This document shows positions 8,224 to 17,611 of a stretch of 64,000 nucleotides of DNA, piece after piece. Under the pieces are notes generated by a model. It saw only the letters and a program-made list of their open reading frames with translations. It made no database searches and was not told the DNA's origin. The stretch is from Deltaproteobacteria bacterium. Lineage in GTDB: Bacteria; Myxococcota; Kuafuiibacteriia; Kuafuiibacteriales; Kuafuiibacteriaceae. The stretch lies in assembly GCA_040218735.1 (NCBI GenBank), contig JAVJQW010000050.1:160001-224000 (forward strand), written 5' to 3'. How positions within the stretch are numbered: position 1 is the stretch's first letter; every line of letters starts with the position of its first letter. Both the position numbers and the translations under genes were made by a program.

Positions 8224-11206
8224 GAGCGGCGCGCTGGTCCTCGGGGAGGTGGCACTTCTTGTATTTCTTGCCACTGCCACACCAGCACGGGTCGTTGCGT
8301 CCCGGGCGCTTCTTCTTGGTGCGGTCCGGCGCCTCCGGTTTGCTCGGCGCCACGGCGTCCGCCTCGCCCTGGTCGGTTCCGCCCTGAAGCTGCGCCGCAC
8401 GCGCGAGCGCCTCGGCGGCGCGACGCTGACGCTCCTGCTCCCGGCGGACCTCCTCCGGCGACATCAGCACCACGTTGAAGATCTCCGCGAGCACGTTGTG
8501 GTCGGCCTCGCGCATCATCGACGCGAACAGCAGGTGCCCCTCGCGCTTGTACTCGATCTTCGGGTCCTTGCTCCCGTAGCCGCGCAGCCCGATGCCCTCG
8601 CGCAGGTGATCCATCTGCGTGAGGTGGTCCATCCAGTGGTTGTCGATCTGCCGCAGGTAGATCTGCCGCAGCATGTAACGCCACACCGGCTCCTTGATCT
8701 TCGCGGTCGTCGGCATCCCGTCCTTCGCGACGAGGCCGCTCGACAGAACGACGAAGTCCTTGCCGAGCTCGTCCTGCTTCTTCTTCCAGCGCTTCTCGAT
8801 CTGCTCGAAGACGTAGAACTCGAGGTCGTCGTAGCGCATCGTGTCGCCCTTGAATTCGAGCGCGACGCCGAACAGCGACTTCACCTTGTTCTTGACCGTG
8901 TCGAGGTCCCACTCGTCCATCGACGCACGCGGCGGACACGCGCTGCTGCAGATGTAGCGGACGACGCGCTCGATCATGTCGAGCACTTCCTCGGACATCG
9001 CGTCGTCGCCGAGGACCTGGCGGCGCAGACCGTAGATGGTCTTGCGCTGCGTGTTCATCACGTCGTCGTACTCGATCAGGTTCTTGCGGATGTCGAAGTT
9101 GTGACCCTCGACGCGCTTCTGCGCGTTCTGGATCGACTTCGTGACCATCTTCGCCTCGATCGGGACGTCGTCCTCCATCCCGAGGCGCTCCATCATCCCC
9201 ATCAGCTTGTCGCCGCCGAAGATGCGCATGAGGTCGTCCTCGAGCGAGAGGAAGAACTGCGAGCTCCCCGGGTCGCCCTGACGCCCCGCACGACCACGCA
9301 GCTGGTTGTCGACGCGCCGCGACTCGTGACGCTCGGTGCCGCACACGTGCAGGCCGCCCGACTCGAGGACCTTCTTCTTCTCCGCCGAGCACACCGCCTC
9401 GTGTTTTTCGAGGTGCTTCGCGTACGCCTCGATGATGCGGTCGACGTACGCCTTGGCTTCGGTCTTCGCTTGCGCGCGCACCTGCCCGACGTCGAGCTCT
9501 TCCTCGTCCTCGCCCGGGCCGTCCGACAGCCGGTCGTTGAAGAACTTCTCGGAGTAGTCCGAGGTCACCATCTCCACCGGGATCGACGCCGGCGACCCCG
9601 TCAGCCAGCGGAACTCCGCGAGGATGGCCTGCTCCTTCTTCGGATCGTTGGCCGCCTCGCCGAGCTCTTCGTGCGCGACGTCCGCGCGCGCGCGGTACTC
9701 GGGGTTGCCGCCGAGGAGGATGTCGGTGCCGCGACCCGCCATGTTGGTGGAGATCGTCACCGCGCCCGGCGCACCGGCCTGCGCGATGATCTCACCCTCC
9801 TGACGGTGGTACTTCGCGTTCAGGGTGATGTGCTCGATCTTGTGTTTCTTGAGGAGGCGCGAGATCACCTCCGACTTGTCGACGTTCTTGGTGCCGACGA
9901 GGATCGGCTGCCCGCGGCCGTGACGCTCGCGGATGTCCTCGATGACCGCGTTGAACTTCTCGGCTTCCGTCTTGTAGATGAGGTCCTGCCGGTCGTCGCG
10001 GATGAGCGGCTTGTTGGTCGGGATGACCATCACCTCGAGCTCGTAGATCTTGCTGAACTCCTCCGCCTCGGTGTCGGCGGTGCCGGTCATGCCCGAGAGC
10101 TTGTCGTACATGCGGTAGAAGTTCTGGTACGTGACCGTCGCGAGCGTCTGGTTCTCGCTCTGGATCTTCACGCCCTCCTTCGCCTCGATCGACTGGTGCA
10201 GGCCGTCCGACCAGCGGCGCCCGTCCATGGTGCGGCCGGTGTGCTCGTCGATGATCAGCACCTCGCCGTTGTGCACGAGGTAGTCGCGGTCGCGTGTGTA
10301 ACAGGCGTGCGCGGCGAGTGACTTCGCGACGTGGTGGAACCACTCGACGTTCTCCGGCGAGAACAGGTTCCCGACGTCGAGCATCTTCTCCACGTGGTCC
10401 GTGCCTTCGTCGGTGAGGACGGCGCTCTTGGTCTTCTCGTCGACGGTGTAGTCGCGCTCGGGGCGCAGCTTGCTGATGATGCGGTCGACGGTCAGGTACT
10501 TGTCCGTCGCGTCGGACGCCTGGCCCGAGATGATCAGCGGCGTGCGCGCTTCGTCGATGAGGATGGAGTCGACCTCGTCGATGATCGCGTAGTGCAGCCC
10601 GCGCCCCTGGACGTAGTCCTCGAGGCGGTACTTCATGTTGTCGCGCAGGTAGTCGAACCCGTACTCGGAGTTCGTGCCGTAGGTGATGTCGCAGCCGTAC
10701 TGCTTCTGTTTGTGCTGGTCGTCGTAGCCGTGGACGATGATGCCGACGCTCATCCCCAGGAATCGGAAGATCTTGCCCATCCACTCGGCGTCGCGGTTGG
10801 CGAGGTAATCGTTCACCGTGACGACGTGGACGCCCTTGCCGGACAGCGCGTTGAGGTACGCCGGGAGCGTCGCGACGAGGGTCTTGCCCTCACCGGTCCG
10901 CATCTCCGCGATCTTCCCGGAGTGCAGCACCATCCCGCCGATCAGCTGCACGTCGAAGTGCCGCATCTTGAGCACCCGCCAGCCGGTCTCGCGGACGACC
11001 GCGAAGACCTCGGGGAGGATGTCGTCGAGCGACGCCCCGTTCTCCAACTTCTGCTTGAACTCTGCGGTCTTGGCGACCAGCTGGTCGTCGCTGAGCTTCT
11101 TGATTTCGGGCTCGAGCGCGTTGATCGCCGCGACGCGGGGCTGGAGCTTCCTGAGCTCGCGCTCGTTCTTGCTCTTGAAGATCTTTCTGTAGAACGGGAC
11201 TGCCAT
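8216..11206 (-). CDS. secA: Preprotein translocase ATPase SecA
   Basis: MRTGEGKT, DEVDSILIDEARTPLIIS, TNMAGRGTDI, GTERHESRRVDNQLRGRAGRQGDPG, C-terminal SEC-C GRNDPCWCGSGKKYKKCH. Confidence 0.99.
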   Translation of the reverse strand: MAVPFYRKIFKSKNERELRKLQPRVAAINALEPEIKKLSDDQLVAKTAEFKQKLENGASLDDILPEVFAVVRETGWRVLKMRHFDVQLIGGMVLHSGKIAEMRTGEGKTLVATLPAYLNALSGKGVHVVTVNDYLANRDAEWMGKIFRFLGMSVGIIVHGYDDQHKQKQYGCDITYGTNSEYGFDYLRDNMKYRLEDYVQGRGLHYAIIDEVDSILIDEARTPLIISGQASDATDKYLTVDRIISKLRPERDYTVDEKTKSAVLTDEGTDHVEKMLDVGNLFSPENVEWFHHVAKSLAAHACYTRDRDYLVHNGEVLIIDEHTGRTMDGRRWSDGLHQSIEAKEGVKIQSENQTLATVTYQNFYRMYDKLSGMTGTADTEAEEFSKIYELEVMVIPTNKPLIRDDRQDLIYKTEAEKFNAVIEDIRERHGRGQPILVGTKNVDKSEVISRLLKKHKIEHITLNAKYHRQEGEIIAQAGAPGAVTISTNMAGRGTDILLGGNPEYRARADVAHEELGEAANDPKKEQAILAEFRWLTGSPASIPVEMVTSDYSEKFFNDRLSDGPGEDEEELDVGQVRAQAKTEAKAYVDRIIEAYAKHLEKHEAVCSAEKKKVLESGGLHVCGTERHESRRVDNQLRGRAGRQGDPGSSQFFLSLEDDLMRIFGGDKLMGMMERLGMEDDVPIEAKMVTKSIQNAQKRVEGHNFDIRKNLIEYDDVMNTQRKTIYGLRRQVLGDDAMSEEVLDMIERVVRYICSSACPPRASMDEWDLDTVKNKVKSLFGVALEFKGDTMRYDDLEFYVFEQIEKRWKKKQDELGKDFVVLSSGLVAKDGMPTTAKIKEPVWRYMLRQIYLRQIDNHWMDHLTQMDHLREGIGLRGYGSKDPKIEYKREGHLLFASMMREADHNVLAEIFNVVLMSPEEVRREQERQRRAAEALARAAQLQGGTDQGEADAVAPSKPEAPDRTKKKRPGRNDPCWCGSGKKYKKCHLPEDQRAARV

Positions 11207-11276
11207 GGGAAAGGGGCCGGCGGGGCCGGGGCCCCTGTATGGGTACCTCCCGGCCACGGTCAAGGTCGAGCTGATT

Positions 11277-11852
11277 TCAGGCTTCGCCGCGGGTGATGAG
11301 GGCCTCCACGTGCGCGCGGATGTCCTCCGGCCACCCCGCGATCAACGCGCGCAGGCCTTCGAGATCGTCGCGGTAGAGCAATCGGCTCGCCTCCTCGAAG
11401 TTTTCGAGGTTGCCCGCCATGGTCCACATGAATCGACTCGCCGCGTCGCGCGCTTTGCGCTGACGCTCCGGCGCCGCGTCCTTCTTGCGCGCCTCGTCCA
11501 CCAACCGCCGCAGCGCGCCGGACATCCCGCCCGGCTGGTTCGACAGCCAGTCCCAGTGGCGCGGCAGCAGCGAGACCTCACGCGAGACGACCCCGAGCTT
11601 GGGGCGCCCCGGACCACGTTTGGGCGGGGTCTCGGGCCGGTCGAGCCCCGGGTGACCGTCGAGCTTGGCGACGACCTCCTCCTCCGTCCCCGACAAGTCG
11701 AAGTCGATCTCACGGCCGGTGCGGTCGTCGAAGATGAGCAGGGTCCTCGATTCCCCACGGTCGAGGACCGCCTTGGTGCGGCGGATCATGGACTCGACGG
11801 GGCCGGAGGCGATGCGTTGGGTGCCCGCGAACGCGGTGAAGGTCTGGGTCAT
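11277..11852 (-). CDS. DUF2239 family protein
   Basis: LIFDDRTGREIDFDLSG, GPGRPKLGVVSREVSLLPRHWDWL, MAGNLENFEEASR. Confidence 0.85.
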   Translation of the reverse strand: MTQTFTAFAGTQRIASGPVESMIRRTKAVLDRGESRTLLIFDDRTGREIDFDLSGTEEEVVAKLDGHPGLDRPETPPKRGPGRPKLGVVSREVSLLPRHWDWLSNQPGGMSGALRRLVDEARKKDAAPERQRKARDAASRFMWTMAGNLENFEEASRLLYRDDLEGLRALIAGWPEDIRAHVEALITRGEA

Positions 11853-11862
11853 GACTCCGGAA

Positions 11863-11906
11863 ATTATACCCGGGCTAAAATGACGTCAATTGTCTCCGGG
11901 TAGAAT
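11863..11906 (-). promoter_or_regulatory. sigma70-like promoter (TTGACG-N15-TATAAT) overlapped by two imperfect CCGGG-centred palindromes
   Basis: -10 TATAAT at 11868-11863, -35 TTGACG at 11889-11884; plus-strand ATTATACCCGGGCTAAAAT and ATTGTCTCCGGGTAGAAT; AT-rich island in GC-rich DNA. The 15-bp spacer is shorter than usual. Confidence 0.55.
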
Positions 11907-14900
11907 TCGACGCAGCCACCGAAGGCCACGTCCGACGTCGTCGAAGATCGCGAGGGTGCAGGGGAGCAGCACCAGCGTCAGCGCGGTCGCGAACAACAGC
12001 CCCCACCCGAGCGCGAACACCATCGGCTGCGCGAAGCCGGCCTTGCCGCCGATCCCGTACGCGAGCGGGAACACTCCGCCGAGCGTGGTGAGCGAGGTGA
12101 GCACGACCGCCTTGAAGCGCGACGCGGCGCCCGTCTCGATCGAGGTCCGCGCGTCGATGCCGCTCCGCCGGTTTGTGTTGATCGTGTCGACCATGACCAG
12201 CGAGTCGTTCACCACGACCCCCGCGAGGCCGACGAGCCCGATGATCGCCATCATCGACAGCGGCATCCCGTGCGCCGCGAGCGCGAGCACCACACCCGTC
12301 ACGCCGAACGGGATCGAGAACATCACGAACAGCGGCTGCGACAGCGACCCGAGCACGAACACCAGCGCGAGGAAGATGATGCAGACACAGAGCGCGATTA
12401 CCTTCGTCACCCACTTCTTCGCCTCCTCCTCCGCCTCCGGCGGCTCGACGGTGATCTGATACTGCGGATACTTCGCGCGCAGCGCGCCGAGGCGCTCGTC
12501 GAGCGACGCCTGGATCGCGTCCGTGTCGATCTTCGACTTGTCGTACGCGACGTCGATCTCGAACTTCCGCAGCAGGTCGAGGTGCCGGATGTCCTGGAGC
12601 ACGCGCGTCTGCCGCCAACGACCGATCGTCGACAGCGGCACCGCGAGCCCGCGCGGCGTGACGACGGTGATCGCGTCGAGCTCGTCCGCGACCCAGTCCC
12701 CTTCGCGCGCGAACCGCGTGTACACGGTGATCTCGTCGCCGCGGTACCGCATCTTCAGCAGCTCCTGCGGCGCGAACGTGTTCCGGAGCTGCTGCGTCAG
12801 CGCCGCGGTGTCGACGCCGTAGCGCTCCATCACCTCGGCGTTCGGCTCGAACTGCCACGCGGGCTGGAAGCGGTTCGGGTCCATGAAGACGCGCTCGACA
12901 TTTTCGAGGTCCGTGACGGTGGTTCGGATCGCCTCCTGGATCTCCTCGAACGAGAGGGTGTCGCCACCGGAGACGTAGATCGTGACGACGTCGTCCTTCT
13001 TCGACGGGTCCGCGTGACGGCGGTGCACCTCGACGGACTCGAAGCCCTCGAACCCCGCGAGCTCGGTCGTCAGCTCCTCGGCGACCGCCTCCGCGAGCGC
13101 GTTCGGATCGTCGACGTGTGCGTCCACCGCGATCTCCAGCTCCACGTGTTTCTTCCCGCGCAGCGCGTGTCCGCCGGCCGTCGTGGCCTCCCCCGCCGTC
13201 AGATAGATCCACTCGTAGTCTTCGGCGGGGAGGAGCTTCTTCACCGCCGCTTCGAGGCGCGCGCCTTGCGCGAGTGAGTCGTCGATCGACTTCGGCTCCG
13301 CGACGACGCCGTGCACGAACACCCGCTTGGTGCCGAGCGAGATGTTGAACGACTTCTCCATGTCCTGAAGGATGAAGATGCTCGCGACGAGCAGCGCGAG
13401 GAACGCGAGCACCGAGACGTACCTCAGCTTCAACGCCCACTTCAGGAGGCGGCGGTAGCCGTTCTGCATCCACACGAAGACGCGGCGCTCCTCGAACCGG
13501 TACCCCGGCGGCACGAAGTGCATCAGGTGGTTGGGGAGCAGGAAGAACGACTCGAACAGGCTGAGGAGCAGCGTCCCGATCATCACGATGGGGATCGCGA
13601 AGAAGACCGCCGACATCTCGCTCTCGATGAACAGGATGGGCGCGAAGACGACGATGTTCGTGACGATGGTGCCCGACACCGGACGCAGCAGCGTGTACGC
13701 CGACTCGACCGCCGCCTCGCGCGGTGTCATCCCCTCCTGCAGCTTCTCGAGGAAGCGCTCCGCGACGAGGATCGCGTCGTCGACGAGGATGCCGAGCACG
13801 AGCAACAGCCCGATCACCGAGATGAGGTGGATCTGCACGCCGAAGGCGTCGAGCACGATGAACGTCCCGAGGTAGACGAACGGCAGCCCGATCACCGCCA
13901 TCGCCGCGGTGCGAAAGCCGAGGAAGACAAACAGCACGAGGCCCACGATCCCCAGGCCCGCGAGTCCGTTGGTGAGGATCACGGAGAGGGGCTGCTCGAT
14001 GAGGTACGCGGCCGACGCCTGGATGCGCGCTTCGAAGCGGTCGGGCGCGCGTTGGTTGAACTCCGCGATCTCTTCCGCGACGCGCGCCTCGAGCTGGATG
14101 ATGTCGCTGTCCGTGTCCTTCCACAGCTCGAGCGTCACGTAGCGCTGCCCGTCGTGGCGTTTCTCGACGCGGCGCGCCTCCGACTCGAGCGAGATGGTCG
14201 CGACGTCCTCGAGGTCGAGCCCCTCCCCCACCCGGTTGCGCGTGATGGGGAGCTTCGCGAGGCGGTCGACGACGCCCGCGCCCTCGCGATCGATGCCCTT
14301 GTCGAGCGCGACCGCGATGATCTCCTCGTCGGTGCGCACGCGCCCGATCGGTTCGTACGCGAGCGCCTCCCGGACACGGCGCACGACGTCACGCACGTCG
14401 AGGCCGGCGGCGTCGATCGCCTCACGCGAGAACTCGACGTAGAGGTCCTGCTTCGGCAGCGACGTGTCGACGGCGATGACGTGCGGAATGTCATCGAGCT
14501 GCTCGGCGAGCGACTCGAGCCACTTGCGATCGTCCGGATCCTGGTCGTCGATCGGCTCGACGATCACGTCGACGAAGTCGACGCGGTCCTGCTGGACGTG
14601 GCGAATCGTCAGCGGCTCGAGGTCGGACGGGAACCGGTGCTGCAGCCCCGCGACGCGCGAGCGGATCGTCTCGAGCGAACGCGCGATGTCGTCGTGCTCG
14701 GGTTTGAAGATCACGTTGATGCGGAACTCACCCGACTTCGTGGTGCTGCGGATGTGCTGGATGCCGGTGAGGTCGCGCACCGCTTCTTCGATCGGGAAGG
14801 TGAGGAACCGTTCGACGTCGACCGCGGACGCCCCGGGCAGGCGGCCGTCGATGCGCACCGTCTTCGACTCCAACGTCGGGATGAGGTCGCGGCTCATCTG

Positions 14901-14993
14901 CGAGAAGGTCAGGAAGCCGACGACGCAGACCGCGACGGTCAGCGTGTTCACGATCAGCGAACGATCGATGAAGTACTCGAGTAGCTTTTTCAC
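11886..14993 (-). CDS. RND (AcrB/AcrD/AcrF family) efflux permease
   Basis: About 1035 aa from GTG (VKKLLEYF); two TM blocks; GILVDDAI proton-relay motif; RFKAVVLTSLTT. Confidence 0.93.
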   Translation of the reverse strand: MKKLLEYFIDRSLIVNTLTVAVCVVGFLTFSQMSRDLIPTLESKTVRIDGRLPGASAVDVERFLTFPIEEAVRDLTGIQHIRSTTKSGEFRINVIFKPEHDDIARSLETIRSRVAGLQHRFPSDLEPLTIRHVQQDRVDFVDVIVEPIDDQDPDDRKWLESLAEQLDDIPHVIAVDTSLPKQDLYVEFSREAIDAAGLDVRDVVRRVREALAYEPIGRVRTDEEIIAVALDKGIDREGAGVVDRLAKLPITRNRVGEGLDLEDVATISLESEARRVEKRHDGQRYVTLELWKDTDSDIIQLEARVAEEIAEFNQRAPDRFEARIQASAAYLIEQPLSVILTNGLAGLGIVGLVLFVFLGFRTAAMAVIGLPFVYLGTFIVLDAFGVQIHLISVIGLLLVLGILVDDAILVAERFLEKLQEGMTPREAAVESAYTLLRPVSGTIVTNIVVFAPILFIESEMSAVFFAIPIVMIGTLLLSLFESFFLLPNHLMHFVPPGYRFEERRVFVWMQNGYRRLLKWALKLRYVSVLAFLALLVASIFILQDMEKSFNISLGTKRVFVHGVVAEPKSIDDSLAQGARLEAAVKKLLPAEDYEWIYLTAGEATTAGGHALRGKKHVELEIAVDAHVDDPNALAEAVAEELTTELAGFEGFESVEVHRRHADPSKKDDVVTIYVSGGDTLSFEEIQEAIRTTVTDLENVERVFMDPNRFQPAWQFEPNAEVMERYGVDTAALTQQLRNTFAPQELLKMRYRGDEITVYTRFAREGDWVADELDAITVVTPRGLAVPLSTIGRWRQTRVLQDIRHLDLLRKFEIDVAYDKSKIDTDAIQASLDERLGALRAKYPQYQITVEPPEAEEEAKKWVTKVIALCVCIIFLALVFVLGSLSQPLFVMFSIPFGVTGVVLALAAHGMPLSMMAIIGLVGLAGVVVNDSLVMVDTINTNRRSGIDARTSIETGAASRFKAVVLTSLTTLGGVFPLAYGIGGKAGFAQPMVFALGWGLLFATALTLVLLPCTLAIFDDVGRGLRWLRRILPGDN

Positions 14994-16363
14994 AGGCAGT
15001 GCTCCGGGAGGGTCCCGAGGAGAGGGACGAGGCGGTTTTCGGCGAGGCGGGTCTCGAGCCACAGGTCCCACGCGTCGAGGCGCGCGCGTTGGTGGCGGTC
15101 CCAGTGGTCGAGGTAGTCCTGGAACTCCATCTTCCCGTTCGAGAACTCGCGGTGCGCGGCCCGGATCTGCCCGAGCATCACGCGGCGCTGTTCTTCGAGG
15201 AGACGGTGGGCCTCCTCGGTGTGGCGCCACAGCTCGAGCTGCTCCCGGATCTGCTGCGTCAGCTCGATGGCGAGCGCGCGGCGCTCGGCGGCGACGCGTT
15301 CGAGGCGGAGCCGCGCTTCACGCGCTTGGTAGTCGGTCTCGGGGCGTTCGATCGGCCAGAGGTAGGTGAGCCGCACGAGCCCGTAGATGTCGGTGAGGTC
15401 GGCGATCTCCTTCGGCGGTACGAACAGGTCGTGCACCCGCGTGGCGCCGACGGTGAACGCGAGCTCCACGTCGTCGCGGCCGCGTTCCTGCGCGAGGAGC
15501 GCCGTCTGTTCGAGCTCGCGCTGCATCGCCGCGAGGCGGACGAGGCGCGGGTGGGTCGCGGCGATGGTCGCGGTCTTCGGCGGTGTCGCCGCGACGATCG
15601 CGGGCGGCGGAGCGAGCGGCGGCGCGGGACCGTCGAGGAACGCTTCGAGCGCGGCGTCGGCGCGCGCCTTCCGCGCGACGAAGCGCGCACGGAGGCTCTG
15701 TGCGGCGAGCCAATCCGAGCGCGCCGCGAGCAAATCGAGGCGTTGGATCATCTTTCGTTCGTAGTCGCGAATGGTCTGCGCCCAGACGCGGCGCTTCTCC
15801 TCGATGAGCTCGTCGTAGGTCGCGAGCTGTTGCTCCGCGGCGTAGCGAACGAGGTAACGCTCGGTCGCGTCGGCGCAGAACATCAGGTCCTGTTCGTCGA
15901 GCGTCGCGACCGCGCCGTCCTTCGTGGCCTTCGCGGCGTCTTGCTCGTAGCGGTTCTGTCGGCCGCCGAAGTTTCGAACGAGCGGGAGACGGTACGCGCC
16001 CTCGACGCCGTACTGCGGGTTGCCGGCGGGGAGGTTGCTGCGACTCGGCCACGCGACGCCGGCGCGGAACGAGTAACCGGTGCCGTCGTTCGCGTCGTAG
16101 CTGTACTCGGCGTCGGCGCCCGCGCTCAGAAGCGGGTCGAAGGAGCCGACGCGTGTGAGGTGGTAGCCACGCGCGCCGAGCTGCGGCGAGACCGAGAGCG
16201 TTCGCGTCGCGCGGTTCGTTCGGCGCTCGACTTCGACCTGCGCGAGACGGACGTCGAGGACCTGCGTCTGACGGCCGGGGTTGTGGTCGCGGTACGCCGC
16301 GACGTAATCCGCGAGCGTGAGCGTCGTCGTCGCGGTGGCGATGAGGAGGAGCGGGAGGGGCAT
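14990..16363 (-). CDS. TolC-family outer membrane efflux protein
   Basis: 457 aa; alternating long helices and beta segments; HP motif; 4-bp overlap with the RND gene. Confidence 0.8.
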   Translation of the reverse strand: MPLPLLLIATATTTLTLADYVAAYRDHNPGRQTQVLDVRLAQVEVERRTNRATRTLSVSPQLGARGYHLTRVGSFDPLLSAGADAEYSYDANDGTGYSFRAGVAWPSRSNLPAGNPQYGVEGAYRLPLVRNFGGRQNRYEQDAAKATKDGAVATLDEQDLMFCADATERYLVRYAAEQQLATYDELIEEKRRVWAQTIRDYERKMIQRLDLLAARSDWLAAQSLRARFVARKARADAALEAFLDGPAPPLAPPPAIVAATPPKTATIAATHPRLVRLAAMQRELEQTALLAQERGRDDVELAFTVGATRVHDLFVPPKEIADLTDIYGLVRLTYLWPIERPETDYQAREARLRLERVAAERRALAIELTQQIREQLELWRHTEEAHRLLEEQRRVMLGQIRAAHREFSNGKMEFQDYLDHWDRHQRARLDAWDLWLETRLAENRLVPLLGTLPEHCL

Positions 16364-16378
16364 TCGCGCCCCGGTCTA

Positions 16379-16394
16379 CGCACAGGGTGTGCCT
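16379..16394 (-). promoter_or_regulatory. Possible sigma54 promoter for tolC-RND
   Basis: Minus strand AGGCACACCCTGTGCG, GG-N10-GC, ending 15 nt before the ATG. Confidence 0.4.
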
Positions 16395-16452
16395 AGCTGC
16401 GGGGAACGGGGAACGTGGGCTTTGGCCGCCGGTACGTCATGAGCGGCCGACA

Positions 16453-16478
16453 CGGGTGCAGGCGGAACGCTGCACCCG
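16453..16478 (-). terminator. Stem-loop after the M23 gene
   Basis: CGGGTGCAG/CTGCACCCG 9-bp stem 5 nt past the stop; no U-tract. Confidence 0.45.
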
Positions 16479-16483
16479 GAACG

Positions 16484-17440
16484 CTACTCCAAGAGGAAAC
16501 GCTGCGGGTTCTGGGCGACCCCGCGCATCCGCACTTCGTAGTGCAGGTGCGGACCGGTCGAGCGACCGGTGTTGCCGACGAGACCGATGATCTGGCCGCG
16601 GCGAACCTGCGCGCCGGCCTTCACGTTGATCTTCGAGAGGTGCGCGTACTTCGTGACGAGGCCGGTGTCGTGCTCGAGCTCGATCACCTTGCCGTACGCG
16701 CCCTTCTTGCCGGCGGTGACGACGATGCCGTCCGCCGTCGCCATGACCTTCGCGCCCATGCGCGCGGAGAAGTCGATGCCGGCGTGGAACTGCGGCAGCC
16801 CGGTGAACGGGTCGACGCGCATGCCGTAGCCGCTCGTCACGTAGCCGTGGGTCGGCGAGCGCGACGGCGTCGCCGAGAGCAGCGCCTGCTGATCGCCGAG
16901 GTACGAAGAGAGGTTCTCGAGCGACGACGACGTCGCGTCGGCCGAGGCGTCGATCGCTTCGAGGTGCTGCGCGACGAGCGCGGCGCTCCGCGCGTTCGCG
17001 CCGCCGAAGAGATCGTGCCGCAGCGCGGACTCTTCTTCGCCTTCCGGATCATCGGCCGCGCGTGTCCCGCTGCCTTCTCCGCCGACCGGCCCAATGGCCA
17101 GGTGGCGATCCGGATCCGAGACCATCGTCAGCGCGCGCAGCTTCGTGTCGAACTCGCGCAGGCGCTTCACCGTCGCGTCGACCTTCTCGAGGCGCGCCGT
17201 GAACGCGTCGAGGTCCGCTTCGAGTTGTGCGCGTTCCGCGCGAAGCGCAACGTTCTGCGCCGCAGTGTCCCGATGATAGACAGCGTACGCCACCGCACCG
17301 ACCGTGCTGAGCATCAACAGCCCAGCGCCGACGATGCCGCCGATGATGAGGTTCCGCGACACACGCATTCGACGCGGCTCGATCGCCGACGTCTCGGGCA
17401 TGATCATCACTGTGAAATATTTAGACTTTTGCTCCGTCAC
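16484..17440 (-). CDS. M23 family peptidoglycan endopeptidase
   Basis: N-terminal TM plus coiled coil; HAGID and GRSTGPHLHYEV zinc motifs; likely GTG start at 17440. Confidence 0.93.
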   Translation of the reverse strand: MTEQKSKYFTVMIMPETSAIEPRRMRVSRNLIIGGIVGAGLLMLSTVGAVAYAVYHRDTAAQNVALRAERAQLEADLDAFTARLEKVDATVKRLREFDTKLRALTMVSDPDRHLAIGPVGGEGSGTRAADDPEGEEESALRHDLFGGANARSAALVAQHLEAIDASADATSSSLENLSSYLGDQQALLSATPSRSPTHGYVTSGYGMRVDPFTGLPQFHAGIDFSARMGAKVMATADGIVVTAGKKGAYGKVIELEHDTGLVTKYAHLSKINVKAGAQVRRGQIIGLVGNTGRSTGPHLHYEVRMRGVAQNPQRFLLE

Positions 17441-17611
17441 GCCGCTCGACCGCCGCCTTGATCGCTCATACTTTGCATCCGAGCGCAACTGCTCGGAGCC
17501 TTCAGCCACCGGTCGAATACTAGGTCGGCACGTGCGCGCCCGCCATGAATCGACCGTGGATTTGTCGATTAACACGAGGCCCGTGGGGGTGAGGATGGGC
17601 CGGTGTAGGGA

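Noticed and set aside
9360-9700. Possible intein in SecA
   Set aside because: No Cys/Ser start, no His-Asn end and no endonuclease motifs; lies at the known VAR position
11207-11231. Four G-runs just upstream of secA
   Set aside because: Irregular, on the template strand, and expected by chance in GC-rich DNA
8129-11296. 730-aa and 321-aa plus-strand ORFs
   Set aside because: Antisense to secA, with no independent motifs
17478-17497. 7-bp hairpin in the M23 leader as a riboswitch
   Set aside because: Too short and matches no aptamer I recognise
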